A DNA stretch of 64,000 nucleotides, taken from positions 143,160,001 to 143,224,000 of the forward strand of contig CM059431.1 of assembly GCA_030390025.1 (NCBI GenBank). Reading direction: 5' to 3'. The position numbers were made by a program, and so were the translations under genes. Below the pieces are notes generated by a model, which saw only the letters and a list, made by a program, of their open reading frames with translations, ran no database searches and had not been told where the DNA came from. Origin of the DNA: Squalus acanthias. Lineage: Eukaryota. The first letter of the stretch is position 1. Every line of letters begins with the position of its first letter. This document shows, piece after piece, positions 48,516 through 59,509 of the stretch.

Positions 48516-51394
48516 AGCTTCGGTTGGGACATTAGAATTCCGTTCTAGCTCGTGTTCTAGCTTAGACTGGGGTTCTCTCTGCTAACCGCTGCATAAGGAT
48601 TGTTCTTGTAAAAACTCACAGGTACGCGACTCTATTTGGGGCACTTTGTAGCATTTAACCAACATGGACCGTGTGTTTCCGCAGTTCTTTGGCCGAGTGT
48701 CTCCTCCCTCACAAGGTCAGTCCCGCTTAATATGAAAAATGTCAATGATGAAGTGAAATTTAATAGTGGAAAATAACAGTTGATCAACGTGTTTAATATC
48801 TGATTCCGCGAGGACTGTAATTTAATTCTATCATATATTGACCGGATCAGTCAGCAGTTTTAGGGAAAGATTAGTCGTTTACAACTCCCTGTCCCTTACT
48901 TTTTTCTCGCAGGTTTGGTTAAAATATTGCTTGGACTGATTGTAGCTGCAAGGGCCGCTTCCCCGCTTCTCCTGAGAATAAGGAGCGGTGCCGCTGTCCC
49001 CTTCACAGTGTCGCGATGTTTCACCACTTTTTGAATGTTTACTGGAGTTGCCTCGTTTTACTTTTTTTTCTGACGGCTTTATTAATGAGAAATAGTTGAA
49101 GGCTGCCCAGCAACATTAAATAAAGTTGTTACTTGCTGTTACTAAATGTATCATGGTGAATCTGCGTGTTATTAACGTGAATCAGCGAACCTGTAACCTG
49201 GTAACACAGTGTAAGAAATACTAATTTATAATCGGGGCATTTGAGGCAAGGGTCAGTAATCAGGACTCTCAGATATTTACATGGAATAATCCGCAGTGTG
49301 TGTTGGTGCACAGACAGTGCCCTGTAGTACCCCGTCCCTTTTACCAACTGGTGTTGAACGGGTACCCCCAGTGCAAGGCGGTGTATTCGGAGCGCCGTCC
49401 GGCATCACTGGGGACCTGGGTTTGAGAGCGTTTCTCGGTGTAACGGCTTCAGATGAGGATTCGAACCAATTAACTAGCATTTTGTCCGCCCGCTAATTTC
49501 AGTGGCTCGGTTTAAACTTTTTTCCAATTTATTCTGCAGTATATGTGATGCAGGTTGGAAGATGTCGAGGAAAAGCTGTTCCTCGAACTGGGTAAATCCA
49601 CTGTTCACACTGCAGGATGTGTAAGAAAGTCAGAGGACTGTCTCTAACTGATTCCGCTGTTCTATTCAGTGTACCGGGTTACACATATAAACAGGCAGCG
49701 CTGTGTCAGCTCCATCTTCACACACCTTCAGCGATTGATGGGCGCCGCAGATATTAATGGTTCTGTTGGTTTATATGAATTTTAAAATGATTGGCTTGCT
49801 TGCATTATCTTTTCACCAGTCGGAATGTATTTTTATCGCGGTGCCTTCCATCTACTGCATGCCTGTAGTTATCAGTCCATTTGGGATTAGTGGAATCTGA
49901 CTATTCTGAAACGAAGGTCATTTTCAATTTCGGCCTGGGCGGAAATCTGACTGGAGCGAACTGTCCGCCACTCATACACCCCGCCGAATTTCCCCTTTCA
50001 TTGACTAAAATGAAAAAGAAAATTGGGTGGGTGTAAAATACGCTGCTGCCAATCGACAGAATTCACTGAAGCGAAGGGAAGTACAGTCAAATCACGGAAT
50101 TATTAACGTGTATCCTATTTCCGAATATTAATTGATAAAATACCGACACTTTTGAAAACGCCACCAATTGTTTCTAGACACTTTACTGTCAGAGTCAGTT
50201 TGGCAGTGCCAGTATTTGGATTGTGGGTCAATTTTTAGTTCTTGTCGATGAAACCTAGTCTCTCATAAATTCTTACACTCAGTAACAGATTTAAATGTTA
50301 TTAAAAGTTTATTGCATATTCGGATCGAAAGACAGACTTAAAAATTTGTGGTGTAACTCACGCGAAGTTCTCCATCGCATATCGACATATCGGAACACGA
50401 TGATCGCGTTGGATGTGTTTGTATAACAGTGCAGAGTGTTCTGTGGTTGTGGACAGTTAGTGGAGGATTACAGAGCTCCATCCAGAGGCTGACGGCCGTC
50501 CTTAACATCGGAATCTGTCTCTTGTTCCACTCAATGCCAGAAGAAGGTAAAGGCATCTTTACCACAGCCGGAATTAAATACATCTTGATTTATATTAATG
50601 TTAAGAAAATCATTGCCCAGAGCTGATGTCCACAATTCTAATGATCCCGAAAAAACAGTAGGCATAAATATTAGTGATTTATTTATTATCCTTGAACTGA
50701 AAAAGTAAAATAAAGCTGCTGAGCAAACAAACTGCAAGGAGTGAAAGATGCAGGAGCGCAGGAATATAATTGGTGACATGTCACCAAATCGCTTGAGCGT
50801 GGCACCCATTGGCTGTTAGTGACAGAGGAGTGACGAACCAGATTCACTTTTGAAGCACTCGCAACGTCATCAGGAGCCCCTTACTCCAGAATGTGGCACC
50901 TTTCACGATGGGCCGCAGGGAGTGAGGTCACAGTCTGATTGTCTTAGAACAGGAAATGCTGCCGCCATCAGTGTCTGTGTCAGAATGCTTCTGCTTTCTC
51001 AGTGATCAGATGTAATTTCCCCAGTCCCGGAATTCTGCCGGACCAACAAGTTAGGGGAGTAAAACCCAACACCAAGTCCGTCAGTCCAGGATATCAGTTC
51101 ACTCTACAACTCTTCAGGCAAAGGGTAAAAGAGAATTGGAACAAATATCACTGGGCAATGCAAATCGGATATTAATTCTGTAATGCCTAAAGTGCTATGT
51201 AATAAACTAGATTTACTATAATGTAATTAATTTAATTTCAGTTCATTTAATTTATTTCAAATTATATTTAGTTTTATGGTCTTTCGTTTAATTTCAATTA
51301 ATGGTATTTTATTTTCAAAATCTCTTTAAGCTTACATCGTGATTTCTGTCACTGCTGAATTTAAATGCTGCAACTTATATTGATAAAACCAGTG

Positions 51395-52450
51395 GATATT
51401 CAGGTGACATGTTGGAACTCCAGGGCGCTTCACCTATCCATGATAATCACGTGTCCATGAAGTGCCTCCATCTGCTCGAACATAAGCTCAGAGTTTCTGA
51501 GCTTGAGGGGCGGCTGGCGTCATTGCAGGGCTGAGAATTTGCTCGATCACATGGTCACCCCGCAGCCACAGTGAGTTCAGGAGCATAGTAAGTTGGTCGC
51601 CATCGGCAGGGTGCGAAGAGGCTGGTGTTGCAGGGATCGTCCTGGAACGTGGCAATCTCACGGATGTGGTCGATTACAGACCAAAAAGGAGATTTTCTTG
51701 TGCAGGCTGGGGCATGGCTTCGGTTCTAAATCAATACTTTGCATGTGACTTCACTAAAGAAAAGGATGCTGCCAATGTTACAGTAAAGTAGGCGATAGTT
51801 GAGAAATTGGATAGGATAAACATAAATAAAAATGATGTACATGAAAGGTTGGTAGCGCTCAAAGTACAAAAGTCACCTGGTCCAAATGGGCTGTATCCGC
51901 GGTAGCTGAGGGAAGTAAGGGTTGAAATTGCAGAGGCTCTGGAGTCACTAAATCTTCCAGTCCACCTTTGATATGGGAGAGCTGCCAGCGTAGTGGTGCA
52001 TCGCAAATATTGCACCCCGTTCAAAAAAGGGGAGAGGGATAATCTGGCAACTCAGGCCAGTCAACCTAACGTCGTGCAGAAACATTTAGAGACAATAATC
52101 CGACAGAAACTTAATTGGCACTTGGAAAATGTGGGTTAATCAATGAAAGCCAGCATAGATATTTTAATGGGGAATCATGTTTTACTAAGTTGATCGAGTC
52201 CTTTCATGAAGTAACTGAAAGGGTTGATGAGGGTAGTGCAGTTGATGCTGTGTATATGGATACAGATTTAAGATAAATGGCACAAAAACCAGCGGGGACA
52301 TGAGGTAAAAATTAATGAAAAAATAGGTAGCAGAGGAGTGGATCGAATTGTTTATCTATTTCAAAGAGCCGGCACAGGCACAATGAGCCAAATGGCCTCC
52401 TTCTGTACTGTATAATTCTAGGATTCTAGGATTCTATGATTCTATGATCT
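51395..52450 (+). mobile_element. Internally deleted old CR1 remnants (ORF1 start, RT N-terminal part, 3' end)
   Basis: ORF1-like CTCAGAGTTTCTGAGCTTGAG, AAGTCACCTGGTCC, GTGTATATGGA; tail (ATTCTAGG/ATTCTATG)n. Confidence 0.75.
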
Positions 52451-55400
52451 GGGTTGGAAGCTGAGAGCCAGTACAAACCATGTTGTAATTTCTGGTTTGT
52501 TGCCGGTGCCACGTGCTAGCGAGTTGAGGAACAGGGAGAGAGTGCAGATAAACACGTGGCTGCAGGGATGGTGTAGGGGGGAGGGTTTCAGTTATGTGGA
52601 TAATTGGAGCACATTCTGGGGAAGGTGGGACCTGTACAAACAGGACGGTTTGCACCTGAACCAGAGGGGCACCAATATCCTGGGAGGGAAATTTGCTACG
52701 GCTCTTCGGGGGGGTTTAAACTAATTTGTCAGGGGGATGGGAAAAAGGGCTGTAGTCCACGAGCCAGTGGTGAGTGTAGGGAGGTACTGAGGAGGGTATC
52801 AAGGTCGCAGGAATGTACCGGCAGACAGGAAGATGGCTTGAAGTGTGTCTACTTCAATGCAAGGAGCATCCGGAATAAGGTAGGAGAACTTGGAGCGTGG
52901 ATTGGTACTTGGGACTACGATGTGGTGGCCATTACGGAGACATGGTTAGAACAGGGACAGGAATGGTTGTTGGAAGTTCCGGGGTATAGATGTTTCAGTA
53001 AGAGTAGGGAAGTTGGTAAGAAAGGTGGAGGAGTAGCATTGTTAATCAAGGATAGTTTAACAGCGGCAGAAAGGCAGTTCGAGGGGGATCTGCCGTCTGA
53101 GGTAATATGGGCTGAAGTTAGAAATAGGAAAGGAGCGGTCACGTTGTTAGGAGTTTTCTACAGGCCCCCAAATAGTAATAAAGATGTGGAGGAAGAAATT
53201 GCAAAGCAGATTATGAATAGGTGTGGAGGTCACAGAGTAGTTGACATGGGTGACTTCAACTTTCCAAATATTGATTGGAACCTTTATCGGTCAAACAGTT
53301 CGGATGGGATAGTTTTTGCACAGTGTGTGCAGGAGGGTTTCCTGACACAATATGTGGATAGGCCGACAAGAGGTGGGGCCACGTTGGATTTGGTACTGGG
53401 TAATGAACCGGGCCAAGTGTTTGATTTGTATGTGGGAGAGCACTTTGGAGATAGTGACCACAATTCGGTAACTTTCACTATTGCAATGGAGAGGGATAGG
53501 GCCATACAGCAGGGCAGGGTTTATAATTGGGGGAGGGGTAATTATGATGCGATTAGGCAAGAATTAGGGAGTATAAGATGGGAACAGAAACTATCAGGGA
53601 AAGGCACAAACGAAAAGTGGAGCTTTTTCATGGAGCAATTACTGCGTGTCCTTGATAGGTATGTCCCTGTCAGGCAGGGAGGAAATGGCCGAGTGAGAGA
53701 ACCATGGTTCACAAAAGAGGTTGAATGTCTAGTCAAGAGGAAAAAGGAAGCGTATGTAAGGATGAGAAAACAAGGTTCAGTTGGGTCGATTGAGGGGTAC
53801 AAGGTAGCAAGGAATGAGCTAAAAAAAGAGCTTAGGAGAGCTAGGAGGGGGCATGAGAAGTCCTTGGCGGGTCGGATCAAGAAAAACCCCAAGGCTTTTT
53901 ACTCTTATGTGAGAAATAAAACAATGACCAGGGTGAGGGTAGGGCCGGTCAAGGACAGTAGTGGAAACTTGTGCATGGAGTCAGAAGAGATAGGAGAGGT
54001 GATGAATGAATACTTTTCGTCAGTGTTCACCGAGGAGAGGGGCCATGTTCTTGAGGATGAGAGTGTGATAAAGGTGGATAGGCTGGAGGTGGTAGATGTT
54101 CTGAGGGAACATGTTTTAGCAATTTTGAAGAACCTGAGGGTCGATAAGACCCCTGGGCCAGATGGGATATATCCTAGGATTCTTTGGGAGGCAAGGGAGG
54201 AGATTGCAGAGCCTCTGGCTTTGATCTTTGGGTCCTCACTGTCCACGGGGATGGTGCCAGAGGACTGGAGAGTGGCGAATGTTGTTCCTCTCTTCAAGAA
54301 AGGAAATAGGAATGACCCTGGTAATTATAGGCCGGTTAGTCTTACTTCGGTGGTTGGTAAGATAATGGAAAAGGTCCTGAGGGATAGGATTTATGACCAT
54401 TTGGAAAGGGGCAACTTAATCAGGGAAAGTCAACACGGATTCATGAAGGGTAAGTCTTGCCTAACAAATTTGATTGAATTCTTTGAGGAGGTAACTAAGT
54501 GTGTAGATGAAGGTAGAGCAGTTGATGTCTTATACATGGATTTTAGTAAGGCGTTTGATAAGGTTCCCCATGGTCGTCTCATGAAGAAAGTAAGGAGTTG
54601 TGGGATAGAGGGAAATTTGGCCGATTGGATAAGTAACTGGCTATCTCATAGAAGGCAGAGGGTGGTGGTGGATGGAACATTTTCGGACTGGAGACCAGTT
54701 ACCAGCGGTGTGCCACAGGGGTCGGTGCTGGGTCCTCTGCTGTTTGTGATTTTTATCAATGACTTGGAGGAGGGTACTGAAGGGAGGATCAGTAAATTTG
54801 CTGATGATACCAAGATTGGTGGAGTAGTGGATGAGGTGGAGGGCAGTTGTAGGCTGCAAAGAGACATTGATAGGATGCAGAGCTGGGCCGAAAAATGGCA
54901 GATGGAATTTAACCCTGATAAGTGCGAGGTGATTCATTTTGGTAGGGCAAATTTGAATAAGGATTACAGGGTCAACGGCAGGGTTCTGAGGAACGTGGAG
55001 GAGCAGAGGGATCTGGGGGTTCATATCCACAGATCTCTGAAGGTTGCCACTCAAGTGGATAGAGCAGTAAAGAAGGCCTATGGTGTGTTGGCGTTTATTA
55101 ACCGAGGGTTTGAGTTTAAGAACCGTGAGGTTATGCTGCAACTGTACAGGACCTTGGTGAGACCACATTTGGAATATTGTGTGCAGTTCTGGTCACCTCA
55201 CTATAGGAAGGACGTAGAAGCATTGGAAAGAGTGCAAAGGAGATTTACCAGGATGCTGCCTGGTTTGGGGGGGAGGTCTTATGAGGAAAGATTGAGGGAG
55301 TTGGGGCTTTTCTCTTTAGAGCGGAGGAGGATGAGAGGCGACTTAATAGAGGTTTATAAGATGATGAGGGGGATAGATAGAGTGGATGTTCAGAGACTAT

Positions 55401-55705
55401 TTCCTCGGGTAGAGGCAGCTGTTACAAGGGGGCATAACTATAAGGTGCATGGGGGAGATATAGAAGGGATGTCCGAGGTAGATTCTTTACTCAGAGAGTG
55501 GTTGGGGTGTGGAATGGACTGCCTGCTGTGATAGTGGAGTCGGACACTTTAGGAACTTTCAAGCGGTTATTGGATAAGCACATGGAGCACACCAGAGTGA
55601 TAGGGAGTGGGATAGCTTGATCTTGGTCTCGGACAATGCTCGGCACAACATCGAGGGCCGAAGGGCCTGTACTGTGCTGTACTGTTCTATGTTCTATGTT
55701 CTATG
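52451..55705 (+). mobile_element. Young 5'-truncated CR1 LINE (end of ORF1, near-intact ORF2, 3' UTR, (TGTTCTA)n tail)
   Basis: Direct repeat TTCTATGATCT at 52440-52450 and 55706-55716. ORF1 end DGLHLN...GGLN* at 52724, followed by a long open ORF2. Confidence 0.97.
52715..55531 (+). CDS. CR1 ORF2: AP endonuclease + reverse transcriptase; true start uncertain, -1 nt lesion in the G run at 55451-55455
   Basis: [67 protein letters not shown]. The typical C-terminus ([23 protein letters not shown]) continues in another frame. Confidence 0.92.
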   Translation, partial: FKLICQGDGKKGCSPRASGECREVLRRVSRSQECTGRQEDGLKCVYFNARSIRNKVGELGAWIGTWDYDVVAITETWLEQGQEWLLEVPGYRCFSKSREVGKKGGGVALLIKDSLTAAERQFEGDLPSEVIWAEVRNRKGAVTLLGVFYRPPNSNKDVEEEIAKQIMNRCGGHRVVDMGDFNFPNIDWNLYRSNSSDGIVFAQCVQEGFLTQYVDRPTRGGATLDLVLGNEPGQVFDLYVGEHFGDSDHNSVTFTIAMERDRAIQQGRVYNWGRGNYDAIRQELGSIRWEQKLSGKGTNEKWSFFMEQLLRVLDRYVPVRQGGNGRVREPWFTKEVECLVKRKKEAYVRMRKQGSVGSIEGYKVARNELKKELRRARRGHEKSLAGRIKKNPKAFYSYVRNKTMTRVRVGPVKDSSGNLCMESEEIGEVMNEYFSSVFTEERGHVLEDESVIKVDRLEVVDVLREHVLAILKNLRVDKTPGPDGIYPRILWEAREEIAEPLALIFGSSLSTGMVPEDWRVANVVPLFKKGNRNDPGNYRPVSLTSVVGKIMEKVLRDRIYDHLERGNLIRESQHGFMKGKSCLTNLIEFFEEVTKCVDEGRAVDVLYMDFSKAFDKVPHGRLMKKVRSCGIEGNLADWISNWLSHRRQRVVVDGTFSDWRPVTSGVPQGSVLGPLLFVIFINDLEEGTEGRISKFADDTKIGGVVDEVEGSCRLQRDIDRMQSWAEKWQMEFNPDKCEVIHFGRANLNKDYRVNGRVLRNVEEQRDLGVHIHRSLKVATQVDRAVKKAYGVLAFINRGFEFKNREVMLQLYRTLVRPHLEYCVQFWSPHYRKDVEALERVQRRFTRMLPGLGGRSYEERLRELGLFSLERRRMRGDLIEVYKMMRGIDRVDVQRLFPRVEAAVTRGHNYKVHGGDIEGMSEVDSLLREWLGCGMDCLL

Positions 55706-56249
55706 TTCTATGATCTCCGTGCCATTGTTCGTAGTTAGCCGCAGTGTAGGTTGTAAATTTAACAAATGCTGCACTAAGAAAGCGCAGAAACTGATTGTGG
55801 GAAGCGGATGTGTGATCCTGAAGTAACTTTGGGAGATGTGGGTTCACAGTGAAGAGCTTAGACTGCAGAGAAAGACACAAATGCACTTGAACCCTCCGCG
55901 AGCCTTTTCTCACCAATTCGCACTAACATTTAAGTAAGGGAGAAAGGGCTTTTAATTTCCTTTAAGATAAATTGGAGTCAATCAGAAAACTATAAAAAAT
56001 ATTTTATTATTGCTAGTGGTCCAACTGAAGCGCATCACGCACTATATCCAATCATTCCAATACATTAGTAAAGGTAATAAATTCATAATAATCATTTAAA
56101 ATTGAAATTAAACTAAACATTGGGAGTTTAGAAATTATCTGTGAGAAATGCCTCCTGTAGTTTCACCCCAACCGTGCATCTCTTTCTGGAGCTGGATCCT
56201 TATATTTTGCTAAATTTTCAAAATCCAGAAAATTAGCCAAGCACAGGTC

Positions 56250-56362
56250 TCCCATAATGCACCAGTTCGGTTTGAGTCTCTGTCACGGGACGACTACAAC
56301 TCCCAGAATGCAGCAGAGTCGCAGTGCACGTCAGTCTGTGTATCTCTCAATTCCACAATGCA
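56250..56362 (+). promoter_or_regulatory. Cluster of ZNF143/Staf-type binding motifs
   Basis: ACTACAACTCCCAGAATGCA (56293-56312), TCCCATAATGCAC (56250-56262) and a weaker CAATTCCACAATGCA (56348-56362). Confidence 0.6.
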
Positions 56363-57487
56363 GCATAACCCCGGCCCTACTCCTCTTTAGTCAATTTCCT
56401 TAGTGAGAATTTAAAGGAGTGAATGAAGGATTCATCTTCTTCCTCAGCATTTATCTTTCAGGGTAATTGAATTCAGCTTTTCAACAATGGGATCTCCACG
56501 ACGTGAGAAAATAAATGTATTCACAACACAGGAGATTCCGAGCATTTGATGCTGTGTAGGGCCCCTTCAACACAACACAACAGAATTCCTCTGTTTGTAC
56601 TTCAATAGAGTGCATATAACTGGGTTGCCAGCTTTTCATTTGTTAAAGTAGGGACAGGCACGGCAGACTATCCCATGAAAAACTGGGAGGATGACTTGGA
56701 TAAATCGGCAACTTAACAAAAAATGGTTAAACAATAGAGTTCCTATTATTGCCTCCTAAACTCCAGTAAATGTAGTGACAGGTGTACACCATTTGTAGGT
56801 ATACTTTTTGATAATCCTCCCTTCTTTCAAGGTAATTTTCTTGCTTTATTCGTTGTATATCTTGACTGTTAAAGTCCTCAGATCGAAGTTCATCAGTTTA
56901 CCTTTGCCTGTGTTACGCAGCACATGGATGTTGCAGTTTGTTCAGAGAAGTTCATGTTTGTCATGTGATAAACTTTCGATAATATAGTTGTCAACTTCAG
57001 AGCCACATAAATAGGTTTGTGCCGAATTATGCTCTTGGTAATTCAATAAATAACATACAGAATTCAGTATCCCAGTGAGCTGAAATGTTCCGCCCGGCGT
57101 CCCTTCTTACTCCTAATTTCATATTTTGAACTTATAGATATTTATGATTGAACTCCTGCTGCAGTGAAGAATTTGATTAATTTATTCATTCTCCTCGTAA
57201 CATTAAAACTGACATTAGATCACCTGGGGGGTTTCTTTTTTTCTAAAGATGGAAAGCAGGATTTTCTATAATGTCTTCAAACCTGGAATTGTGAATCCCT
57301 GGAATCTCTGGTACAGAGCTGTGTGACCTACAAAGTGCAGAAATATACATTCCATCTTTAGCTTATCAGAACTGCTCACACAGCCCAAATGAGGTAAACA
57401 CAACACTTCTTGTGCCAACAATAATAGATTTCATTGGAACTCTATTCCTCTGATATTCGAGGCACAATTCTCGAACAAAGGGCAGAT

Positions 57488-58140
57488 TGGGATCTGGCAT
57501 ATTACGGGAACCCGTGGGACTGGGATCTGGCAGAGTGCGGGGACCCGTGGGACTGGAACTGGCAGAGTGCGGGAACCCGTGGGACTGGGATCTGGCAGAG
57601 TGCGGGAACCCGTGGGACTGGGATCTGGCAGAGTGCGGGAACCCGTGGGACTGGGATCTGGCAGAGTGTGGGAATCCGTGGGACTGGGATCCGGCAGAGT
57701 GCGGTAAACCGTGGGACTGGGAACTGGCAGAGTACGGGAACCTGTGGGACTGGGATCTGGCAGAGTGAGGGAACCCGTGGGACTGTGATCTGGCAGAGTG
57801 CGGGAACCCGTGGGACTGGGATCTGGCAGAGTGTGGGAACCTGTGGACTGGGATCTGGCAGAGTGCGGGAACCCGTGGGACTGGGATCTGGCAGAGTGTG
57901 GGAACCTGTGGGACTGGGATCTGGCAGAGTGCGGTAACCCGTGGGACTGGGAACTGGCAGAGTGACGGAACCCGTGGGATTGGGATCTGGCAGAGTGCGG
58001 GAACCCGTGGGACTGGGATCTGGCAGAGTGTGGCAACCCGTGGGACTGGGATCTGGCAGCATGCGGGAACCCGTGGGACTGGTAATTGGCAGAGTGCGGG
58101 AACCCGTGGGATGGAATCTGGCAGAGAGTGGGATCTGACA
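57488..58140. repeat. 33-bp G-rich minisatellite, ~20 copies
   Basis: Unit GGGACTGGGATCTGGCAGAGTGCGGGAACCCGT. Confidence 0.95.
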
Positions 58141-58854
58141 GAAAGAAAGGGAACCAGAAGAGCGGGGCTATGATGAGAACGTAACAGTCCAACAAATCAA
58201 TAGAGGAGAGAGACCCACTTTGAAGTAATAAAATATCAATTATATATTTTTTTCAACTTTTTAAACTGATCAGTGAAATGAAATGAAAGGAGATTCGATC
58301 AAATCGTTAAAGAAAGAGATTGGATTATTTTCAAAGGGGAATTTGTTAACATATTTAAAATGTGATCCTTAAATTGTTGATAATACGAAAAAAATAAAGA
58401 TTAATATTCTAAATTGTTGCTTATATGAAAACATGTATTAATAATCTTCTAAATCTTTGATTATGCGAAAAAAATTACGAATAATCTTCTAAACTGAGCC
58501 AGGAAGTGAGCAAGGCAAGACTGGACGTACCCGGATGTGAGTTCTCGGGCGGGCCCTCGCCCACAGCGGGTGAAAGACCTGAAAACTGCCGACATGGCCA
58601 AAAGCTGGGATCGTTCTTCAGAGAGCAGAGAATGTTCAGCTGAGATTTAACAGAGATTTTCAAAATGGTGAGGGGTTTTGAGTAAATAAGGAGAGATAGT
58701 TTCCACTGGCAGGAGGGTCAGTAATCAGAGGATGCTTAATTAAGGCAAATGGATGATGATCCAGGGAGCAGATGAGGATATTTTTTTTACATAGCGAACT
58801 GTTATAATCCGGAATGAATTGCCTGAAAGGGTCATGGAAACAAATTCAATAATA

Positions 58855-59296
58855 AAAAAAAAAACATGTATACAGCTCCTTTCAAGATCCAAGACATCCT
58901 TAAGCGCGTTACAGCCAACAAAGTACTTTTCAAGTGTAGACACTGTTGTCATGTAGGAGGAGTGACCCCATTGTACACAGCCAGGTCTCACCAATAACCA
59001 TGAGATGATGATCAGGGATGTTGGATGAGGGATGAATATTGTCCAGGACTCTGTGGAGACCTCCCCTGCTCTTCTTTCAAATAGTGCTGTGGGATCTTTT
59101 ACGTCCTCCTGACAGGGCACTCGGGGCCTCGGTTTAACGTCCCATCTGAAAGACGGCACCTCCGACAGTGCAGCATTCCCTCAGTACTGCATTGGAATGT
59201 CAACTTAGATTTTGTGTTCAAGTCTCTGGAGCGGGACTTTAGCCCACAGCCATCTGATTCAGAGGCGAGAGTGCTACCACAGAGCCACTGCTGACA
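58855..59296 (-). mobile_element. tRNA-headed SINE with a Deu-domain-like core, inserted in a CR1 3' fragment (58620-59476)
   Basis: Minus strand: TGTCAGCAGTGGCTCTGTGGTAGCACTCTCGCCTCTGA head, GAGGGAATGCTGCACTGTCGGAGGTGCCGTCTTTCAGATG..ACGTTAAACCGAGGCCCC core. Confidence 0.75.
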
Positions 59297-59509
59297 TCTT
59301 TTCACAAATAGTAACTTTAAAAGTGAATTGGGTATTTACTTGAAAAGGCAGGATTTGCTGGGCTTTGGGGAAAGAGCAGGGGAGTTGGACTAATGGGATA
59401 CCTATTTCAAAGAGCCGTAAGAGGCACGATAGGCCGTATGGTCTTCTTATGTGCTTTCTGATTCTATGATTCTATGCCGCTTGCGTTGTCTGCCCATTAA
59501 TGTCAATGG

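Noticed and set aside
50338..50583. Minus-strand ORF ending near a GTGAGT donor
   Set aside because: No clear acceptor and no recognisable protein similarity.
52604..52714. Start of CR1 ORF2 at 52604
   Set aside because: It is a TTG inside the ORF1 esterase coding region, with no support as a real start.
57431..58195. His/Ser/Pro-rich repetitive ORFs (e.g. SHGFPHSARSQ)
   Set aside because: The 33-bp unit is a multiple of three and lacks stops, so all frames look open. A 1-bp deletion mid-array shifts frame, which argues against coding constraint.
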